In this document: positions 55,998 to 64,000 of the stretch, in pieces | Layout of the letters: each line of letters opens with the position of its first letter | Position numbering within the stretch: the stretch's first letter is position 1 | Assembly (NCBI GenBank): GCA_002269645.1 | Contig: NIVC01002941.1 | Location: forward strand, 99,347 to 163,346 | Length of the DNA stretch: 64,000 bases | Reading direction: 5' to 3' | Source of the DNA: Macrostomum lignano | Taxonomy: Eukaryota | The notes under the pieces: generated by a model | Database searches by the model: none | The model's input: only the letters and a program-made list of their open reading frames with translations | What the model was told of the DNA's origin: nothing | Position numbers and translations under genes: made by a program

Positions 55998-56699
55998 GTA
56001 GCTCTTAAAGTGTCCCAGTTCAAAGTATTTAAAAGTAGGGGAAACGAGATTTGTAGATTTTTAGGGTAAAACCAATGCATTCTACCCTGCATAAATATTA
56101 ACTAATTACGTTGCACCTCATCGTGCTCATACAGGTTTCTCATAAACAAAGTGAAAAAGAAAATAATTTAGGCTTACTGTTCAAACTTATTCTTATAATA
56201 AAGCTTTAATAAGCAGCTTTAATTAGTAGGGTGACTAACGAGCATGATTTTTTGCATTGCGAAATGCTTTACCAGAAATATAATGGATTGATGGTTGCTT
56301 TTAATGAAAGCTTTTGCACTTTCTTGGACTTTGTTGAATTCATTACTTGTTTTTTTTTTTCAATCATGTGAATATCTTCGAAGAAGTTATAGGTTCACTC
56401 GCTTATAGAATTACCGTTAGGTTCACAGCATCTACTCAACTCTATGAGTATAATATGGGATTGATGATCTATGATACCCAATGTTTAGAATGACATGAAT
56501 TTGGTTTGTCAAGCATGACTTTGGTTAGATTCAATTTCTGCTCCATAGAGCTCTGAATGCTGGAAATTTATCACTCCACTACATCTCTGACAGAATTGCA
56601 CTTGGGTTAAATTTATCAAACAACACTTTTACACTGGAATTTCAGCAGCATTGAGTTCTTCACTAAATGTCGCTCTATTTCTAATATTAATTCTCTGTA

Positions 56700-59600
56700 A
56701 TGGCCACCTCATCGAGTCAAGAGGACGAGCCGGTGGACCCAGCTGTCAGCCACGAATTTGGACCGAGTGGTAAGTTTTTTCATTCCATTGCTGGTTTTAT
56801 GAACTCATGCATTTCTGTTTGTTGCATTCCTGTCTCTTAGCAACGGAATTATTTATATTTTTCTCGCCTACACAACAATTCCCAAATGGTTCCCAACAGG
56901 ATTAAGCCGGAGAACTCACAATAATGAGACATTTTTATTCCTCATTAGATGAATTGACAAAAATGCGAAAGCAGAACTCCATCTATTTCTTCAATAATAA
57001 CTCTTCAAATTCTTTTTTTACACTTATACGTAGCTCGTATTGATTAATAAAAAATATTAAATCTAGATATAAGGTAGTAGGATAAATAGTATACTCGTAA
57101 GTGTAAAAAAGGGCAATAAAATATTCGACTTCCATAACTCCCAGAGACATTTCTCATCATTTCCACTTTCCATAAATATTTTTAATACTATCTTCCCTTC
57201 TTCAATTGTAGGACCTTCATTCACCCTGGCGTTAAAAACCAGCGCTCACGAAGATGTTCTTCAAGTTCATCGATTTACACCTGGAGCTGCCACTGAAACA
57301 TTCGAGTTTCTCGATTTCTGCAAAATCGCAGTGCAGCAGTGTCTTGAAATTCGCTTCGACTCTTCGGATAATTGCTCTGTTAAAGCTCAGATCAAACTGA
57401 ATTTGCGCATGGTCAGAGTGCAGGCGTCAGAAGCTGTCAAGGGGGAGGATAAATGGATGAGCACACAACTCGGATTGGTGGTAGATATACAGGAGTTTGA
57501 TGATTGGTGGAGACAGCAGTTTACAGAGCTGGAGCGCAAAGTCGATGTCTACAACACCAACGGTAGTGGCTGGATAATTGAAAAAATCAATTTTTTTGAA
57601 CTTTACTCAGCTCTCGTCGAACGAGTTTCCTACTACACGGGGCATGCTGCGGAATTTATTCTACCGACTCCACTTCTTCGGAAGAAGGCGGTTATTTGTC
57701 CTCCAAGCAATGGTGTAAATTGCTTTCTTTACGCATGCCTTGCTTTTCTGCACAAGGAAGACAACAAAATAAAGAAATCAGCGCAACGCGAGTCTTCCTA
57801 CACTGACTGGCTGGATGAACTTAACATGAGTGGAATTGACTTGCCAATCAATGTCACCGACCTTTCCATTGTTGAGAGACTGAACCCGAGACTTTGCTTC
57901 ACGGTTTTCATCTGGGAGAAAGAGAGCGCTCAAGTCCTCCGCTTGCCTACTGCAGCTACAATTAAAGATCGAGAAGTTGTTCTACTCTTATTTATTCCAC
58001 CATCAGAAGACGAGGCCTCGGGTCATTGGTGTGCTGTTTCAAGCATCAACAGGCTTCTTAATAGCAAGGCAGCTCTGCATCGGCGGAAGTGGTGTGAGCG
58101 CTGCTTGCTGCCCTTTCATAGTGATGCAGCCTTTGAAGAACACAGCCGAGCTCCTTGTCAACCTGGAGTGATCAACGTCAAGGAAGAGTTGCCAGATGAA
58201 AGGAATAATATTCTCCGATTCTCATCATGGGAAAAAACAATTAGTCCGCCATTTGTTGTTTACGCCGACTTCGAAGCATTGAATGCTCCATGCCAAGAAG
58301 ATTCGATTGCTGGTATAGCAACGAAGAAGTTAACTGAGCACATTGCTGTTGCTGCTGGCTACATCGTGCTGCACAGAGAAGGGATGACTGGTCTAGCGCC
58401 CAGAGGAGCGGATGATAAAGTGAGCACTTTTGTCAGCGACGATCCTAATAAGTGCATTTCCGATTTCCTGCAATCGCTGGAGAAGCTCGCTCGTGAAGTT
58501 TACGGCTGGAACACGGAGTTCAGTCGACAAGCAGCGATAAGAACAGAGATGGCAGGGCGACAGTTCAGAGAAGCCACAGCTTGCTGCTATTGTAGAAGCG
58601 AATTCACGGAAGGGTCCAATAAACATTGGGATCACGACCACCTCAGCGGAGAATTTCGGGGAGCTGCGTGTGCTGATTGTAATATGAAGGCCAGACTAAA
58701 GAGGTCTTTCCTTCCCGTCGTGTTCCACAATTTCAAGGGGTACGATCTCCATCTCATGATGTCATCCGCTTTGGGTCTGATGGAGGGTTGGAAAATCTCC
58801 GTCATCCCTCTGAATCCAGAGCAGTTTCTGTCGATGAAAATCGAATTTAAAATCGGCGAGTATGAGAGTGAGGGCAAGATCAAGCCTTTAAATTTTACTA
58901 TTCAGTTCATTGATTCGAATCAATTTCTTAATGCCAGCCTCTCACAGCTCATCAAAAATTTACCAGAGGCTGAATGTCGTATCACTAGTCGCCTACGCAG
59001 CAGCAGATTCCCACTGCTATCATCCGAAGTGCTTTTCAGCAAGGGAGTTTTCCCGTATGACTATCTTAAAAATTCAGACGTGCTGAAGGATGCCGTGCTT
59101 CCCAGCCAAGAGAGCTTCTACAATGCTCTGACTAAGAGCCACTGCACCAACTCTGACTATGAGCATGCTCAACGCGCCTGGCGAGAATTTCAGGTTTCAA
59201 ATCTAAAAGAGTACATGCTGTGCTACCTCGAGCTCGACATCAGGCAGTTGGCTGATATTTTTGAAAATTTTCGCAAGATCAGCATGCAAGAGGATGGCCT
59301 TGATCCAGTCCATTTTATTTCGACACCAGGCCTATCATTCGCTTCGGCATTGAAATCCATCAAGTCAGGGATTGAACTGCTAACAGATGCGCAGATGTAT
59401 TCGCTGTTTGAGCGCGGCATTCGCGGCGGCATGTCGTTTGTTAACATCCACAAAGTGCAGGCTACCTCAGCAGCGGGCGCCAGCACTGGTGTTGACAGCA
59501 ATGAGGATGTTGATGGTGGCACTCCTACTATTCATGCTGGCCTCACCGAGCTTCTTGCTGTGGATGCAAACAACCTGTATGGACAGGCGCTCACTATGAA

Positions 59601-60854
59601 CTTACCAGTCGGAGGATTCCGTTGGCTGGACGATGATGAGCTGCTTTTGTGGACTGAAGATCGCATTCGAGGACTCAAGCTAACCGATCCACTCGCCTAC
59701 CTCTTTGATGTTGACCTTGAGTATCCCCCAGAGATTCACGAAACCACCGAAGACCTACCATTTGCACCGGAAAAGGCTGCCCCGAATTTCAGGGAATTTC
59801 CTGAATACATGCAGCAGCTGTGGGAAAAGGTCGGTACGGAGAACTCCACCTATCATCCGACAGAGAAGCTGATGCTCACTTGTCACGATAAGCCTTCCTA
59901 TGTGGTTCATTCCTCTATTTTGGCGTTCTACCTGAACCATGGAATGCGGGTTAGACGCATCAATCGCATGATTGAGTTTCACCAAGAGCCTCTCTTTGCT
60001 GCCTACGTCGAGAAAAATAGCCAGAAGCGGGCTGCAGCGAAAACCAACTTCGAAAAGGATTTCTACAAGTTAAAGAATAACGCGCTATTCGGCAAAACTA
60101 TGGAGAATGTGCGAAAGCGGCGTGATATTCGAGTCTGCACCAACGTGGAAAAGGTAAAGGTACTGCTTGCCAAGCCGACAATTACCAATTTTATCATAAT
60201 TACTGATTCACTAAGCGTTTTGGAACTGCAAAAGACAAAATTAAAGCTCGATCGGCCTATTTTTATCGGGCAATGCGTCCTAGACTTTTCGAAAATGATT
60301 ATGTACGAGCTGTTTTACGACAAACTGAAGCCCTGGATAGAGAACGATGGAGGTGTCATCAAGCTATGCGGTGGTGATACCGATTCTTTCTTTCTCTCAA
60401 TCAGCAACATGAGCGTTCAGTCTAAAGTTCTACCGCTGTTGAAGTCGAAGCAGCTGCTCGACACTTCAAACTATCCTCAAGAGCACGCGCTATTCTCGAA
60501 TGATTTAAAAGCGCGACTTGGCTGCATTAAGGATGAAGCAGCCGGTGCTCGCTTTGAGGAGTGGCTGCTCCTAAGGCCGAAGCTTTACTCATTCAAGGCG
60601 AGTAGCCAAGCCGCGGAAAAGAAGAAGGCCAAAGGAGTTCAAGGATGCATTGTTAAGAAAGAGCTGGCTCACAGTGACTACCTAAGGGTGTTCAATGAGC
60701 TCTGCAGCCATTCTGTCGTTGTTCATCGTATTGCCAGCATCCATCACCGACTGTACACTTTGCAGCAGCGGAAGTGTGCCTTAAGCATTTGGGAAGACAA
60801 GCGCGCTTGGCTGAGCCCTAACTATAGTCTCCCATTTGGTCACATTCGGCTGCT

Positions 60855-60923
<69 letters not shown>

Positions 60924-61011
60924 GCAACAGCAGCAACAACAACAACAACAACAACAACAACAGCAGCAGCAACAGCAGCAGAAATCATCAAAACGGCGCC
61001 GACTACTTTGA
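56700..61011 (+). CDS. Protein-primed family B DNA polymerase of the Polinton; predicted join(56700-56769,57212-61011)
   Basis: ExoI YADFE, ExoII HNFKGYD, KGVFPYDY, PolA DANNLYG, PolB KLKNNALFGKT, PolC GGDTDS, RPKLY, KAKGV. Endonuclease-VII-like 'DHDHLSGEFRGAACADCN'. No ATG lies in frame upstream, but a phase-matched GT-AG intron supplies one. Confidence 0.95.
60856..60981 (+). repeat. In-frame (CAG/CAA)n tract encoding ~41 Gln at the PolB C-terminus
   Basis: Read directly. Confidence 0.95.
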
Positions 61012-61571
61012 AATTGAATAATGAGTACAACAAGCTTGCTAAACAAAAACAATAATTTCTTTGCGATTTCAAAGTTTCTTTCTTTGACATTGAATAAAGG
61101 TTAACCGCTAATCTAAATAGGATTTTTTCCAAATGCAATAAAAACTTTGATCATCTGCTGAGGCTAGCAACAATTTTTTGCTTCACAATATTTACTTACA
61201 ATTGCGCGATGATGATAATGAAACCAATGCTTCGTTAGTGGTGGTGGTGGTGTTTGCGGTGATGGCATGTGAGAGTTTTATTTTTTTCTAATTTTACCTG
61301 TACTTTGTGGTTGGTTTTTTGAATCCTGATATTGCTTTATAAGTTTTAATATATTCCATCTGCTTTTGGACTATTTTTTCCTATTTTTGTAGTGGTTTAT
61401 CTGCTTGCTCGTATTTGCTTTTAGCTTGCTATTTGTTTATCTCTACAAGATGTTCACCACTGGTTTTTCATTGCAATTAAAAATGAAGACAAAAAAGCTA
61501 GTGCATGAGAGAGAATTAATTTGAATATTTTAATTAAACAAGCCGCGATTTATTCTTTCTTTTTATTTATT

Positions 61572-62137
61572 TCAGTTTGAAAGCAAGCAAGCTAATAGGG
61601 AACGGTCTGATTGTAGCATATGCTTAGACTTTGCTCCGCTGAGCACAAATGAGCCATTGTGAAAAAGCGTACACTTGCAGTATTGAAGCTGACAAACTAA
61701 AGCAGTAAAACTTTCAGGTTCATATTTCGCATTCGGTAGCACTTCACAGAGGTTTCTTAGTGATAGAGCCTTGGGCAAGTCTATTTTTCCATAAGCAGTA
61801 ATAGTCTTAATTCGGACACAAACGGATTGACGAGGCAGCAGTTGAGGCGGAACTCTGCGATGCAGCATAGCCACGAAGCGACGGGCAGCCTTGACTGAGG
61901 CCGAGTAGCTCCGGGCGCCACAGATACTCAGTTGTCCAGTCGGATAGAGCAACAGAGTCACTCTGGGATTCCGCATCCTCTTGATGAGCACTCGGGCCAG
62001 ACGGGGCGATAGATGACATGAGCCATGCTGAGAGCCAGTTCCCGCAGAGGCAACTGGGCACCCCTGCCTCCAGCCAGCCTCAGATCCACGCCGCCAACCA
62101 GATTGGTCACTCGCAGGGCTGTCGCAGGTGTACTCAT
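61572..62137 (-). CDS. Divergent TATA-box-binding protein (TBP)-like protein in the Polinton; one -1 frameshift at ~62004
   Basis: ATG at 62137 gives MSTPATALRVTNLVGGVDL...LPLRELALSMAHVIYRP. This continues in the track's frame as RLARVLIKRMRNPRVTLLLYPTGQLSICGARS...AARRF and RIKTITAYG...YEPESFTAL...TLFHNGSFVLSGAKS. Both TBP repeats are present. Confidence 0.85.
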
Positions 62138-62154
62138 TTAGAGAGTCCTTTCTG

Positions 62155-62651
62155 TCAGTGGTGCTGTCTTTGAGAGCCTTTGAGTGGTGCGGGCACACCT
62201 CGCTTCTTAAGTTGATACAGAACTTTGGCTTCAGCCAGTTGTAGTAGAGCAATACATTTTTCACTGCACAACCAGTATCAGATGCTTGAATCAAAGGTGA
62301 TCCCAGATCCTCTAGGTTGTACACCTGTCTGCCAAGCAGCTCAGTCAGAAAGATGGACTTTTTCACCCCGCTTGTCCAGGTGGGGCCGTAAGCAATGTTT
62401 AGAATGTCATTTGCCAAATGCATGTACGATCGGGATCCATCTGTCCACTTGAAATGATGCAAATTCTTTGAGAGCTTTCTGTAATGCACCTGCATCTCAG
62501 GTGAGATTCGCTCCCATGAGAACGGAGAGGCGTACACGTGATGAGTGATATGGTAACTGCCTGCCCGGACTTGGGCAATGGCTAGCTCCTTCACAACGAA
62601 ATCTCTGCTCGATCTCTCGCGTGGGAAGCCTTGGAAGTCAATATAGTTCAT
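62155..62651 (-). CDS. Polinton DEDD/DnaQ-like exonuclease-fold protein (C-terminal boundary uncertain)
   Basis: IDFQGF...FVVKELA...SPFSW...HHFKWTDG...EDLGSP...CAVKNV...W pattern, seen in small exonuclease-like ORFs of invertebrate Polintons. Confidence 0.6.
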
Positions 62652-62691
62652 GATCGGATGGTTTCAAGATGCCTGATATCGGGAAGCCGAC

Positions 62692-63383
62692 TCAGTTCCC
62701 CTTCTTAAATAGTTTTTTCCTGTTCAGCTGTAGCCAAGCTCTCCCACTCCCGAATCCTTTAACTGTATGATGAGCAGGGGCGGCCTCTGGAGAAACAGCA
62801 GGTTTAGAAATTAGCTGCCTAACTGACTTTCCTATGGCCGAAGCTGGGATGTTAAGCTTTTTATCTTGGAGCAATGAGACAAACTCACTCCAGCCCACCG
62901 GCTCGCTGGCACATTTCGAATCCCTCACGGCACTGTGAAACAAATCCAGGATGTTTGAGGAGGGTATTGTCTTCCCACAAATTTGCGCCTCGCCATTTTC
63001 GGACACCCGAATCAGAGAAGGATTGCCAGATAGGATGGCCCATAGACTGCGGGCTCTCGCTTTAAACTTCTGCGGCACGGATTGGGTGATCTTTTCCCCC
63101 AGCTGCTTGGTGCAATATCAGTTTTCAGCATCTTTGCATCACTCGCAGGTACCGCATCATCCTTTCCAGTCCGCTTGCGCTTGGCCAGCAAACTCTTCAT
63201 CGCATCATGGTACATGGCAGCTTTCACATCGTCTGGGCAATCCTCGGCAAGCAAAATATCATTGCATTTCCTCTGCGCATATCTCACAGCAGTGTCGAGT
63301 TCAGACTCAACTGGCTTCAAATTCTGTGTGAGCATGTCGTATTCTGACTTGGGGATCAGAACCATTTCTGAGAACTTATTCAT
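62692..63383 (-). CDS. Conserved Polinton hypothetical protein, split by a 1-bp frameshift at ~63096-63100
   Basis: N-part MVLIP...IL...PDDVKAAMY and C-part GE..I.G..IP.SNILDL...P.GW..F...L...NIPASAIG join if one G is added to the G5 run. Confidence 0.65.
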
Positions 63384-63693
63384 TTTGTTTCTTTTTCTTC
63401 ACTAGCTTTATTAGAATGTAGAGAATTTTGATAAAACCCGTATTTAGCAGATCCGCAGCTCTTCTATGTGTAGAAATTTTGCGGATTATTTGCTTTTGCT
63501 TCACTAGCGCTGCCTTTTCAGTGAGTGAGAACGACAGAGTGTTTTGCAATAGGTTATAGCAGGCCTCAATGAGAAATTCATGTACTGCTTTTGGACCCGC
63601 TCTGATCAACAGACGTTTAAAGCTGATGGAATATTTCGGTGAGGCGAGAACATCAAACAAACTTTCATGTGAGTCGAATGTTTCCATTATCAT
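63376..63693 (-). CDS. Conserved small basic Polinton protein downstream of the ATPase (~105 aa)
   Basis: 'FLIEACYNLLQNTL...KQKQIIRKI...GFIKIL' resembles the ORF that commonly follows the Polinton ATPase; its stop overlaps the next ATG (ATGAATAA). Confidence 0.6.
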   Translation of the reverse strand: MIMETFDSHESLFDVLASPKYSISFKRLLIRAGPKAVHEFLIEACYNLLQNTLSFSLTEKAALVKQKQIIRKISTHRRAADLLNTGFIKILYILIKLVKKKKQNE

Positions 63694-63740
63694 TAGTGTT
63701 GCAGAATATAGAGCAAATGGCAAAATCTCGGCTGTTATTC

Positions 63741-64000
63741 TTAAGTGTAAACCAGGTGGGGTCGCTGATTGGGCAGGATTCGAGCCCGGACCGCAGCTCA
63801 TCAGGGGTGGAAGGGTGAAAATCCAGGAGCAGGTAGGCTCCCCTGCCGTGCGATGTCACGTGCTTGAACACTGACAGCAGAAAGCCGGGCTTCTCAGCAA
63901 AACACTGCCTGCCCAGCGCCGCAATCTGCAGCTGGTCTCTGGGGTTCTTCATGATCACAAAGTACATCGCATTCAGACTCATTGTTCGCAACTCCTTCCC
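63741..64000 (-). CDS. Polinton A32/FtsK-like packaging ATPase, C-terminal part; 1-bp frameshift at ~63791
   Basis: GKELRTMSLNAMYFVIMKNPRDQLQI..LGRQ.F...YLLLDFHP.TPDELR; after frame correction it continues VRARILPNQRPHLVYT*. Confidence 0.88.

Larger units (their letters stand above)
53882..64000. mobile_element. Polinton/Maverick (adintovirus-like) element, left part; continues beyond the window
   Basis: Protein-primed PolB, A32-like packaging ATPase C-terminus and conserved Polinton ORFs in a compact convergent arrangement. The left end at AGTAGT (53882) is inferred. Confidence 0.9.

Noticed and set aside
60818-61138. Poly-Cys, poly-Val and poly-Ser/Asn ORFs
   Set aside because: Alternative frames of the CAG/CAA tract within PolB.
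61572-62651. Single 359-aa exonuclease-TBP fusion protein as given in the track
   Set aside because: The TBP N-terminal strand is in another frame with its own ATG after TAA, and the in-frame linker is non-homologous. Two genes with frameshifts explain it better, pending read checks.

Overview
Eukaryotic, intron-containing and extremely repeat-rich animal DNA. The GC-rich exons and minisatellite-filled introns suggest a flatworm such as Macrostomum, but that is inference. Three host genes are reconstructed by hand. The first is an 8-exon p120-RasGAP/RASA1 homolog (+, 3918-22520; first exon not found). The second is a neuropeptide Y/sNPF/PrRP-type GPCR (-, 36103-37323). The third is a 4-exon secreted FAD oxidoreductase resembling polyunsaturated fatty acid isomerase (-, 46722-49965). 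Mobile DNA includes a Gypsy integrase remnant, two copies of a tRNA-derived SINE and a 5'-truncated LOA/R1-group LINE (APE-RT-RNase H) inserted inside a GGATCT satellite. From about 53.9 kb to the window end lies the left part of a Polinton/Maverick (adintovirus-like) element. It carries an apparently spliced protein-primed PolB with a polyQ tail, the packaging ATPase, two conserved Polinton ORFs and an exonuclease-like ORF. Most notably, it also encodes a divergent TATA-binding-protein homolog and a zinc-finger/acidic protein behind a TATA promoter, which may form an element-encoded transcription module. About 30 distinct tandem-repeat arrays account for most of the long ORFs in the supplied track, and those ORFs are spurious.
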